Part shown: in pieces, positions 26,211 through 37,620 of the stretch
Layout of the letters: every line of letters begins with the position of its first letter
Numbering within the stretch: the stretch's first letter is position 1
Assembly: GCF_018977255.1 (NCBI RefSeq)
Contig: NW_024704742.1
Span: 75,208,001 to 75,272,000, forward strand
Source: Callorhinchus milii
Lineage: Eukaryota
DNA: 64,000 nucleotides
Direction: 5' to 3'
Notes under the pieces: model-generated
Told to the model about the DNA's origin: nothing
The model's database searches: none
Seen by the model: the letters and a program-made list of their open reading frames with translations, nothing else
Made by a program: the position numbers and the translations under genes

Positions 26211-26520
26211 GTATAATGCAAATATGCAAGGATGATTATTATTATTATTTTCGGTTAAATTTGCAGTGTTCTTCAACCCATTCCTTGTGGTGTAAAGTCT
26301 CCTCACTTACTTCAGGAATGAACAAGTTGCTCCCGGTCTCAGATCCATACAGTCGCTCCTCCAGATAAACAACCTGGTTAAAAAAGTACATCAATGACAA
26401 TAGTGCCCCGTTATAACTCAGTACTTGGGATCCATTAAATACCAACCAGAGCTAGAAGTGTCAGCACATCTGCAATCACTGTGTATGGACATGTATCATC
26501 CTTGCATATTTGCATTATAC
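26211..26520. repeat. Perfect 26-bp inverted repeats bounding a 258-bp spacer
   Basis: gtataatgcaaatatgcaaggatgat (26211-26236) and atcatccttgcatatttgcattatac (26495-26520) are exact reverse complements. Confidence 0.95.
26311..26373 (-). pseudogene. Candidate exon (63 nt) in inverted orientation
   Basis: On the - strand: acceptor tacttttttaaccag|G and donor GAA|gtaagt. The phase 2-2 frame LFIWRSDCMDLRPGATCSFL is open. Lies inside the 26211-26520 inverted-repeat-bounded segment. Confidence 0.45.
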
Positions 26521-26523
26521 CAG

Positions 26524-26638
26524 CTACATTGGTGTTTCACGAAATGATGGTCCTGGTATCCTGGTGATCTGGAGCTCTGTCATTTTGGATTCCGTTGTAA
26601 GTGCCAAGGAAACCGGCTCTCGCATTTTGGATTTTGAG
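26524..26638 (+). pseudogene. Candidate exon (115 nt, phase 2-0) of the same unidentified gene
   Basis: Acceptor tccttgcatatttgcattataccag|, donor GAG|gtaagt. The only open frame is YIGVSRNDGPGILVIWSSVILDSVVSAKETGSRILDFE. Confidence 0.5.
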
Positions 26639-26734
26639 GTAAGTAAATGTTAGGATCCACTTTTCTTTCAGTGAGTCTGCATTATAATGATGCATATTGT
26701 TCTCTTGAGTAAACGGGTTCTCCTTGGAGCTTAA

Positions 26735-27298
26735 CAGGGGGGTCTCCTTGTAGCTGAACTGGCACCAAGGTGACATGCCTGGCAATGGAATGTTGGAATC
26801 GAGCCCTCTGTGGCAGTCTCTAGGCCAGTTCCTGAGCCAGATGGCTCCACAGTATTAAGGGACACTGCTGGAGACAGCACAGCCAGCCTGGCTTATCGTC
26901 AATACCTGAAAGGGCAGACCAGTCACTGGTGCAGGGAGTCATCCCACTCAGCTCCTGTTAACTCTGCAAGCCAAAGCCCGAACAGGTAGAGTGGTCCTAG
27001 CTGGACAAGCAGCGGGAAACCTTGCCGGATAGCAATTCAATAACAAGCTATGCGTTTTTAGCTGGTTAGACTCCAGCAGTACCCAATGCACATTCTGGGG
27101 TGCCCAAGCCTTGGCTCTTGCCAACCTGTACCTAATACTTTCCGGAATTAGATAAGTAGGATGCATCCCTTCAGGGAGAGAGTGCACATTCCATTTTAAC
27201 AATCTATCTTTGGGATTTCCATGTGTAGCCGAGATGCATGGAAATCTCAGTTTGGTTTGGATACTCTTATGCACGGGGATCGGTTTCTGCAAAAAAAA
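26735..27298 (+). mobile_element. 3' UTR copy of the same non-LTR family
   Basis: Shared blocks such as gggcagaccagtcactgg, ctgcaagccaaagccc and gatgcatggaaatctcagtttggttt. Confidence 0.8.
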
Positions 27299-28242
27299 TA
27301 TTATCACTGAAACTTGATAGAAGAAGGCATTGACTTCTTCCAGAAGTAAGTACAAATACTATTGTCATTACACTTTACAGTAACTCCTGCGAACACTTTG
27401 AGATGTTCCCCTCCACCATCCTTCCCCCACTAAAACAGGGGAACTTAGCTGTGTGAAACACTATGAGACATCTTCTCAACATGAAAGGTAATATATAAAT
27501 GTAAATTATAAGTGGGGGTGTTGTCTTATGCAGGGTTCCCAGCTGGAATCTATTGTTTTCCATCTACATCAATAATAATCTGTGCCTTTCACATCGAGAA
27601 GACATTTCAAAGTTTGGATTTTGTTAGAAAGTGTAGTGACTGGATTTTGTTGGCAAACAATCTGGAGACTGGTACAGGGAGTTCAATTTTGCTGCTGACA
27701 CCAATTCAGGAAGAGGTCATATTAATCAAAGATGCAGTAAATTGCAGGGTGACATAAAATTGCTTAGCAGAGTGGGCAAATAGATGACAGGAAAAATGTG
27801 AATCTTGAGAAAAGGAAATAGTACATTTTGGGAAAAAAGTGGAAGTATTCTGCAATTGCAAATTTCCTCGATATTATTACTGATTGCCAAGCAGAGGAAT
27901 AATCTTTCATTACTTTTCGTCAAAGTTTCAGAATTTCAAAAATCTCTATTAGAATCCTCTGATTTTTTCTATTTCAATGGAAACAAATGCAGCTTTTCTC
28001 TATCCTATCATACCTGGAACCCTTCATACAGCATATCTGTGTGACATTAGTGATAATGATATCGAGGAATAGAAATTTTAAGGTTGGATGTATATAGATC
28101 TTTAAAGGTCGAGAGACAGAAAGATAGATGTTGAAAAGTTGAATGAGATTCTGGTTATATATTAAAAAAAAGTATTGCATTTCAAAGGAGGGAAAAGATG
28201 TTCATTTTATGAAGTTTTATTTGGAGTAGAATATGCAATTTT

Positions 28243-28537
28243 GTGCATCCTCAATGGAAAATTGTATTTTGTGGGCGAAACGCGGCAGCCAATTGTGCAC
28301 GGCAGTGTCCCACAAAATTGTGGATTGAGTGAACAAATTATTGTTTTTTTTAAAGAATTATTGCCCCCGGAAAAGCAATTCGCCAATCAACTAATAACTG
28401 GGTTCCTACTTACTGCTAGGTAAACAGAGGCATGTTGGAGTAAGGAAACTTTCCCAACATTTCGCCCTGCCCGAGAATCGAACCCAGGTCTCTCGATTGC
28501 GAGGCAAGTGCTCTAACCACTGAGTTATAGGATTTCA
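28243..28537 (-). mobile_element. tRNA-derived SINE (subfamily B, with extra internal segment)
   Basis: Same head and core, plus ctctgtttacctagcagtaagtaggaaccc on the - strand. Confidence 0.85.
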
Positions 28538-28684
28538 CTCCAATTCCTATATTTCTAAATAGAATGGCTAAAATTGAATCAGATAAACATATGAATAGAA
28601 AAGGGTACAAGGATTGCAGATGAGCCGGCGACATTTTAGGTTTCATGGAATTTAACAAAAGGCAATAGCAGAAACTGAGATTGT

Positions 28685-28988
28685 GGAGTCCTGTAGCTCA
28701 GTGGTTAGAGCACTCGCTTTGCAAGTGAGAGACCTGAGTTCAATTCCAGGCAGGGAGAAACCTTGGGCAAGTTTCCTTACTCCACACAGAGCCTAATAAT
28801 AATCCCTCCAAAACTAAAAACAATAATTAAATTGGTCATTTTCAATCTACGACTGTTTGTGGGACATTGCTGTGCGCAATTGGCTGCCGCGTTCGCCACA
28901 AATATACAGTCAATTCACTTTACAGTGTGTTCTGTGAAGCGCTTTGGGACGTCCTCCCGACGTGAAAAGCGCTATATCAAATGCAAGG

Positions 28989-29024
<36 letters not shown>
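28685..29024 (+). mobile_element. tRNA-Ala-derived SINE (subfamily A), long (TAT)n tail
   Basis: Full-length copy, head-to-head with the 28243-28537 copy. Confidence 0.93.
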
Positions 29025-29059
29025 GTCCCTGTGAGAAGGTGGCTCCTGTAAACAAAATA

Positions 29060-29560
29060 AAATTGTTCATTGAAGAACACTTTGTTTAAACACACAGGTA
29101 AAATACTTGGAAAAACATGGGTTCATGAATGACAGCCGACATAGATTTGTTAAAGGCAAATTGTGTCTGACTAATTTGATTGAATTTTTTGATGAAGTAA
29201 CAGAGAGGGTTGATGAATGTAGTGTAGTTGATGTTGTGTTTATGTTGTGCCACATAATAGACTTGTTAGGACAATTTAGGCTGATGGGATTAAAAGAATA
29301 CTGACAACCTGAATCAGAATTTGGCTGGGAGACAGAAAACAGGTAGTGATGAACGGTTGTTTTTCAAACTGAAGAGAGGTATACAGTGGTTTGCCCCAGC
29401 AGTCAGTAGTAGGACCCCTGCTCTTTTTAATATATATAATGACCTCACTAGGCCCAGAGAGCAAAATTTTAAAGTTCATAGATGACACAAAACTTGGAAA
29501 TGTAGTAAACAGTGAGGAGGATAGTAGCAGACTGCAGGACATAGACAGGTTGGTGAAATA
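29060..29560 (+). mobile_element. CR1 LINE RT fragment
   Basis: HRFVKGKLCLTNLIEFFDEVTERVDE, followed by decayed PQxSVVGP and DDTK motifs. Confidence 0.85.
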
Positions 29561-29561
29561 G

Positions 29562-29926
29562 TAACAATAATCCTTTGATATAGCACCTTATATTAAATGA
29601 CATCTCAAAGTGCTTCACAGAATATACTGTAAAGTGAATTGACTGTATATTTTGTGAACGAAACGTAGCAGCCAATTGCGCACAGCAGTGCCCCACAAAC
29701 AGTCATGGATTGAGTGACCAAATTATTATTATTTTTTTCCGGAGGGATTATTACCCCTGGAAAAACGATCCGCTAATTGACTAACAACCAGGTTCCTACT
29801 TATTGCTAGGTAAACAGAGGAGTGTGGAGTAAGGAAACTTGCCCAACATTTCGCCCTGCCCGAGAATTGATCCCAGGTCCTCTTGCTTGTGAGGTGAGTG
29901 CTATAACTGGTAAGCTATAGGACTCC
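29562..29926 (-). mobile_element. tRNA-derived SINE (subfamily B)
   Basis: Full-length reverse-strand copy with the extra internal segment. Confidence 0.88.
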
Positions 29927-30068
29927 ACAAATGGAGTCCTTTTGAAGTATCTATCCAATTCCTTTTTGAAAGCTACTATCGAAACTATACTTTCAGGCAG
30001 TGCATTCCAGACTGTAACATGTCTCTGGGTAAAAAATTCTTCTTGTCTCAATTTCAAAATTACACCAG

Positions 30069-30197
30069 GCTTAACCAGCAAACTTGAAAACAATACAGAG
30101 GTTTTCCATATTGACCGTCCAGGACTTCCAGAGGCTGGAAAACTGAGAGTGATTGAATCTCCTGACCAATTATCAATTTTTATCAAGCTTACAGAAG
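30069..30197 (+). pseudogene. Possible downstream exon-like segment
   Basis: Acceptor ttacaccag|, then a protein-like open frame LTSKLENNTEVFHIDRPGLPEAGKLRVIESPDQLSIFIKLTE. No canonical donor (G|gcttaa). Confidence 0.2.
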
Positions 30198-32282
30198 GCT
30201 TAAGGACATTCTTTATACAATATCTCTTGTATTTTGAGTACTGCAGAAGATCACATTATTACTTTTTACTCCACAGAAATGCTTAAATTGTAACGTATTC
30301 AGAACAATGGAGTTACATAAAGCAAATCTAATGGCTTGGTTCCACTTACTGAAGCATGCAACAGAACCAGAAAACATGATTTGTATTGCTCCATGATGAA
30401 AGATAATGCTCTGCTAAAATTAGTGACTCACATATTTATGTTGTGAATATAGAAATAAACTAAATACTTATTGAAGGGTTTCTTTAACTCTTTGAGTGTT
30501 CACAACAACAACTTGCATTTACATAGAGCCCTTCATGTGGGATAGCGTCTTAGAGCACTTAACAAAGGCACTGTTTGATGCTGGGGGAGAAAGGGGAGGT
30601 GATCGTAGGCATGGTGGTAAAGGATAGTTTTCAGGTGCAATTTGAAGATGGGCAAAGAGGGGTCAATGTGAAGAGATTGAAGTAGGGAGTTCTAGAGATT
30701 TTAAGGGCTGAAAGCACAGCTGCCAATTGTAGTGCAGAGGAGTCGAAGGACGAGCAGATTGCCTACGCCGACTGAATGAAGAGACCGGATAGAGGAGTGG
30801 AAACAAGGGGGTAAACCTGGTGTGTAAACAGGTTGGAGTTGCTAATGCATGAAGTGATTTATAGGTGAGTGTTAGGATTTTGAAATCGATCCATTCTTAG
30901 GAATGTATTTGTGGGATATTTGATGTGCTCAATTGACTGCCACGTTTCGCCCACAAAATATGCAGTCACTACACTTTACACTATATCCTGTGAAGTGCTT
31001 TGGGACATCTCGAAGACGTGATAAGGCGCTATATCAAATGCCAGGATTATTATTATATCAAATATAAACATTGTTTATTATTTATTTTAATGAGTAATTT
31101 TTGCTGTTTTAAGGAATTTTGAAAAGAATATAAGATTTTGATTATGGCCAAAGGAAATCTCTCATATCTTCAAACTAAACTCAAATGTTTGTGATTTCCG
31201 TTTTATTAAATGCAGTCTTTTCCACTAGCCTCAAAGAAAACAGCTTTTGTTTAATACTAATGAGTGAGCCTGGGAGGAAGGGTTTTCTTTGACATGGAGC
31301 AATGAGCATGCAATCTAAGTAGTCATGGCTGTCAAATAGATTATCTGGTAAGTGGTGAAATAACAGACATCTAAAAGTGGTGAGTAGATTGGATTCAGTG
31401 TTTACAGTATAATTGACTGCAGTTTTTACCTATCCCTGGCATGTGCAATTATAGCACCATATTCCATTGTAAATGTTAGCGCCACTTCGTGCAATTACTT
31501 TCTTATCTAATTTGACAAACAAGGGTTAAAAATATAGTCACTACACTAAATGGTAATTCCCTGTGAAGCAGTTTCAGAGGTTCTGCTGTTATAATTGCTA
31601 TATTGAATACAAGGATTTGTATAGGAGACAGAGCAGAGGGAGTTGACAGAGAGTGAGCACAAACCCTGATATAATGGTTTTGATTCTATTGGAGGGTAGC
31701 TCCTGGCTCTTAAGGTGGTATTTTGGATAGTCAGTGGATGTGGATCAGATGTATTGGAGGCTCACAGTTTAACCAGGAAGGAACAGGTTGGAAATTCCGT
31801 TCTCATAAGGAATATGTGGAGCAGGTTATGGCTTTGGATGAGATCATGGAATGGCACAAGGTTCAGGGGAAACCCATCTGTGTTTCGTTCATCAATTTTC
31901 ACAAGGCTTTCGACATAGTCCCTCATGAAGACTTCATGGTTTAACTGGTAGCCATGGGAATACATGGCTAAATTTCAGATATTATTCAGAATGTGTATTC
32001 AGTTTAAGGGTTGATAGTAGATTCACTATCCCTCTTGGGAGGGGGAGGGTGGGGGGGATGGGGGCGGTTCACGGCTAAATTAGTTGAGTTTAGATTCCCA
32101 GATGTTGTACTCAGGCTGCACAGAGCTCTGGCCAGACTGTACCTTGAATACTGTATACAGTTCTGGTCACAAAAACTTAAGAGGGCTGACTGGACCCCCA
32201 AGAAGCAGCACAGAGAGCAACAAGCGCTCCGAGACTCTACCTAGCATGAAGGGCACTATATAAATGCAATTGTTGTTATTGT

Positions 32283-32650
32283 GGAGTCCTACAGCTCAGT
32301 GGTTAGAACACTCACCTCACAAGTGAGAGACCTGGGTTCAATAACCGGCAGAGTGAAATATTGGGCAAGTTTCCTTACTCCATATGCCTCTGTTTTCCTA
32401 GCAATAAATAGGAATCTGGATGTTAGTCGTTTGGCTGATCGCTTTTCCTGGGCTAATTCCTTCAAAAAAATAATAAATGAGTCACTTCAAACTGTTTGTG
32501 GGATACTGCTGTGTTCAATTGGCTGCCATGTTTCTCCCCAAAATATACAGTCAATTCACTTTACAATATATTCTGTGAAGCGCTTTGAGACGTCTCAAAT
32601 ACGCGATAAGGCGCTATATCAATGCAAGGATTATTATTATTATCATTATT
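32283..32650 (+). mobile_element. tRNA-derived SINE (subfamily B)
   Basis: ggagtcctacagctcagtgg head, gcctctgttttcctagcaataaatagg segment, (TAT)n tail. Confidence 0.88.
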
Positions 32651-34339
32651 GTTAGATGACCAACAATTAAATGAGCTAGGACTCTTCAGTCTTGACAGAA
32701 GACAGCTCAGAGTGCACCTCAAAGAGGTTTATAAAAATTTCAGTGGGGATTGAAAAGGTAAACAGATCAGTACTTTAGGATGTATCAAGAAAGTAGAAGA
32801 GAACATAGTCTAGAATTGCAAAGAGCAATTTCAGGACAGATACCAGACCATTTCCTTGCGCAGAGGGTAATCAACAATTGGAACAGGTTGCCAGCAACGG
32901 TGATTGAAGCCTGGACAATAGATTCATCTAAAAAGCAATTTGATGCAGTGAGGGGACATGGTAGGGTGGGTGTTCCTAGATGGATGTGGCCAAAGCCAAA
33001 CGTCCATCTGAAAAGGCAGGTGAAACCTCAGTTTAACATCTCATCTGAAGGATGCCGTCCCCAACAATCCCTCAAGTACTGCATCCAGGATGGTCCAACC
33101 TTTTGGCTGCTGAGGGACAGATGCCCTATTTGAGCAATGTCCACAGGCTGTATGGGGAATATTTTTGTGTTTTCCTTCCAGAAACGTAACATAACATTTA
33201 TAGGTTATGGAAGGAGAGGGTGGACCAGATGAAATGAAGAAGAAGGGGGAGGGGATGGATGAAATCAGCCCTCGGGCCACCATATGAGTTCCAAATCCCC
33301 ACATGGGGATTGAATCCTCTGACTCAAAGGGAAGGGTGCTTTTCCAATTGAGCTAAGCTGATGCCATGATACACGAATGGATTAACCCAAGATGAATATC
33401 AGAAGACATTTGACACTTGTCCTTATGAATAGAGTGGCTATTGTATTTTGAATGCAGAGATACGTTTGTGTAACAAAAATAGAGATCGCTGGGAACACTC
33501 AGCAGATCAGGCTGGATCTATGGGGAAAGGAACTTACATTTGTGTAATGCTGTTTCATAAAATTTTAATAAACTATCTTCCAAGCTCAAAAACTCTCGTA
33601 ACTTTTAAAAATCTGAACAATAATTTTATGTTTCTGTGATGCATTTCATTATTTGCCTTAATTGCCAATATGTATTAAGGTGTAATGGGCATGTTATGCA
33701 GAAAGCAGAGTGTAATGTTTGCATTATAAATAAGAGTTATGAATTTTAAATTAAATTGTGGCTGAACTCTGAAAACCTAATTGTAAAGTATTAATCCAAG
33801 TGCACCAATAGCATTCATATAGTAAGTAATTAAAGTCATGTTTCAGGGACCATGCCTTTCATGTCCTTTGGCTGTATAATCACGTCTTGTATCATAAAAG
33901 TAGAAAAGTGTATTACGGAAACCATCCTTGTGCCTCATTTCCAACCTCGAAAGTTTATTACATACAGAAGCTTTATTCTGCACGCATCTTTTCATTCATT
34001 GCTGTGTTTTACCTGAAAAGGTTGCGATAGATCTCAATGTAATTTATCCAACAATTCATCCAGTGCACATTCAGAAAAGGTGGCATTGGATACAGGAATT
34101 TGGAACATAAGGAAATCAAGAACAGACCATTCAGACCATTGAGCCTGTTCCTCTTCAATCTTGGCAGATCTTTTATTCCCAATGCCCCACCCTTTCTTTA
34201 ACCCCCCTTTATTCCTCTACTACCCAAGTATCCATTTCTCTTTAAAACTTCCCTATTCATTCTGCTTCTACATAGGACAACAGGAAGAAATAGGAACATT
34301 GCTTCTACAGGAGTAATAATTCTATTTCTTCTTGTTTGT

Positions 34340-36200
34340 TCTTCCTCTTCCCCCGAATCCAATCATCCATATCTTCACCTGGTTTCATTGGCTCCCCATC
34401 CCCCAGAGGATCAAGTTTAAGATCATCTTCTCTTTTAAAGCCCTCCATGGTCTTGCTCCTCCCTACCTCTGCCACCATACCAACCTGGCCGCTTCCTCCA
34501 CTCAGCAGGCACTGGCCTGCTCCATGTCTCCTAAACTACCTGCACCAATATTGGCAGTCTTCCTCTTCAGCCTTTCTGCCTCCACCCTCTGGAACTCCAT
34601 TCCGGAGTCCCTTCACTTTGCCCCACATTTGCCTCCTTCAAAAAACATCTCTTTAACTGTGCTTTCAGTCATCCGGCCATGCTTGCGCTCCACCCCGTTT
34701 GAATCCAAACCCCAGCTCAGGTGCCTTGGACATCCTCCCGATGTAAAAGGTGCTATATAAATGCAATTTGTTGTTTTGTTAATTTAGCTCTGATATTGTA
34801 GGAGGCACTAGAACCTCAGGGCATGAAGGCTAGAGGGATGGAGCCTGTGCCTTCTTTAGGAAATGATGATGCCCCCCATTTCTCTTGTGTGCTGGGTTCC
34901 TAGGGCCAGAGAGCATAAGGCCTAGGCCATACAGGTGATCCGAGGTTGGTTAGTTGGTTGAGAGCGGGGAAGGAAGTGCCCAGGTTTGTAAGAGAGGTGG
35001 CAGGTGTCTTCTAGATCTACTGTCTTGTTGCATCCCCAAGTATTGATCTGGGTTTACTTTTTCAATCCCATTTAAAATGTTGTACACCTCTATGAGGTCC
35101 TCTCTGAATCATCTGGCTTGTCTAATCGTTGCTCATAATTTATTTCACCAGCCTATCACCACCATCCTCGCCCAACTCCACTGGCTTCCCATCACACAGA
35201 GCATCAAGTTCAAGATCCTGGTTCTCAGCTTCCAAGCCCTCGTGGCCTTGCTCCCCCCTACCTCTGCGACATCCTAAACCCCTACCAATCTGCCCGTACC
35301 CTCCGCTCAGCAGGCTCCAGCCTTGCCGACACCACCATTGGCAGACGGGCCTTCAGCCACTCCATCCCCACCCTCTGGAACTCCATCCTGCAATCCCTTC
35401 ACGTCACCCCCTCCCTTGCCTCCTTCAAGACCAGTCTCAAGATCTGCCTCTTCAACCGTGCCTTTTGATCACCCTCCTTCCCCTCATGCCCTCCACTTTT
35501 CCTGATCCCGACCCCCAGCTCAGGTCCAAAACACTGATTTTACAATGCCTTGGGACATCTTCCCAATGTGAAAGGCACTATATAAAGGTAATTTTGTTGT
35601 TGTTCTTCTTCTCTAGCACTGGGGAATCATCCTCATTGCTCTCCTCTGCACTGTCTCTAGGGGCTGGGCAGCCCCCTTATGCCACGGTGACCAAAATTGT
35701 ATGCAATATTCAAGCTGAGAATTACTTCTGGAGATCTAAACTGAATTAATTTAGTGATACAACCCAGAATCCTGTTTGCTTTGTTTACGGTGCCAGGTTC
35801 CACTGGTGGGAACTGGGAATGGGGATGTCTCTGAAAGGATCAATTTCAAGATCCTCACCCTCACCTACAAATCGCTTCATGGCCTAGAACCTCCCTATCT
35901 CTCTGACCTGCTCATACCCCTCTCCAGTGCCTGCCCCCCTCGCTCAGTGGACACAGGCTTGGTGCAGGTCACGCCAATCCCTCCATGCCACTTTTGGTTG
36001 CCATGCACTCAGTCATTCCTAACCTTTGGAATTCTCTGCCTTAACCTTCCACCACATCCCTTCATTATATATTTTTCTTCCCTTAGGACTTACCTCTTCG
36101 ACCATGCCCATGGTCACATTCCCCTCCCACTTCTCCCTTGCTCAGTGTCCAACACTGTCCATTGTTCAATTCTCCAAGATACTATCCTGCATGACCAGTT
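34340..36200 (+). mobile_element. Three L2 3' fragments (34340-34780, 35145-35605, 35830-36200)
   Basis: HWLPIPQRIKFKII, LHWLPITQSIKFKIL and INFKILTLTYKSLHGLEPPYLSDLL; L2 tails. Confidence 0.85.
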
Positions 36201-37354
36201 TTGTTATCATGATAGACTGGATAGGTTAGGACTTTCTTCACTAGAGAAGAGATGATTAAGATGGGGACCTAATTGAGGTGTTTACAATGATAAAATGGTT
36301 TGATAAGGTTAGCTCAAATAGGCAACAAACTTGTTGAGGAGTCCTTATCCAAGGGACACAAGTACAATATAGCGAATAGGAGATCTAAAAGATTTGAGGA
36401 GTAACTTCTTCATTTAAGAATTTGGTACTCTCTGCCTGAAGCAGGGTGCAATCAAACAGTATAGATGCATTTCAGAGGAAGCTGGATTTACACATGAGGA
36501 AGAAGTGAATAGTATGCAAAGCAATAAGGAGTAAATGGAGAATCATGTGGAATATAAACCCTGCCTCGGACTGGTTGGACCAAATGGCCTTATCTCCATC
36601 CTGTACTTTAATCTGTACTTAAATCCTGTATTTAAATCTATGTAGATGAAGACATCAGATGAAGAGACTTTTCTCAGATTGTAGAGGAAATTGTGGGCAT
36701 TATGAACAATTTATAGAATAATTTATTTTTGCTTAATCCAACTCCTTACTCAGTTATTCTGCAATTCTAAATATCACTTTAATTCATTTTTAGATGTCAT
36801 CCGTTTGTGGGCAAATTTTTCATCTCCAATTTTTCAGTTTTTATTCCTTCCACTGGTGTACAGTTTTACATGGTTTGTCAAAGTTCATTGGCAGATAGCT
36901 TGATCAAGTTTGATATTTTGATCGAACTGACCCTACATTCAGACATGAGCACCTTGACATTACAGTGGTGTCTGAATAGACATTAGGAGCAGAAACCTTG
37001 CCTAATTTCCCCTTCCTAACTCAGGAACACCGGGATTCATTTAATATCTCAACTACTGCCCCAGGAAAAGATGGAGTTAGTTGGGCTTTATAATTAGATC
37101 ATAACTTTTTTTTTGTAAACTAAAGTAAACTTGCATTATATAAACAACTTGAATTTACAGAATACCTTTCATTTAAGATAAAATGTTGACGCACATCATA
37201 AAGATGGTAGGGAGTTGATTAAAAACACAGTCAATCAAAGGGTTTGAAAAGGTTTTGAAGACAAAGAAAGAGCAAGGTGAAGGGGATTTGGGAGATTTGG
37301 GCAATGAAGGCATAATGGTTCAGCCACCAACGGTGGGGGCGGGGTGGGTATTGT

Positions 37355-37620
37355 TGGCCAGGATAGTGGGATAAACTCCCTGATCTCTTTTTAGAATAGT
37401 GCCATGTGATCTTTCACATCCATCTAGACAGGCAGACAGAACCTCAGGAATTCATTTTTTAACATCTCATCCAAGAAAGGGCATCTCTGACAATGCAGCA
37501 CATCTCCAGCACCGTGTACTGGAATGTCAGCATACACGATATGGGCTCGAAGTCCCAACATGGGGCTTGAAACCACAACCATCTGACTGAGAGGCCAGAG
37601 TGTTACCAACTGAGCCAGAG
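37355..37620 (-). mobile_element. Older tRNA-headed Deu-domain SINE (second family)
   Basis: Reverse complement: ggctcagttggtaacactctggcctctcagtcagatggttgtggtttcaagcccc head and gatgtgaaagatcacatggcactatt Deu-type segment. Related fragments at ~1458-1640(+), ~2555-2700(+), ~8050-8295(-), ~15110-15365(-), ~20165-20415(-), ~38395-38660(+), ~59630-59815(+) and ~61615-61715(-). Confidence 0.7.

Noticed and set aside
26211..26520. MITE interpretation of the 26-bp inverted repeats
   Set aside because: Not favoured: there is no clear external TSD, no second copy in the window, and the interior is exon-like. It cannot be fully excluded without a genome search.
28685..28760. tRNA-Ala(TGC) genes at the SINE heads
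   Set aside because: A/B boxes and an anticodon arm are present, but there is no paired acceptor stem. Each continues into the SINE body and (TAT)n tail.
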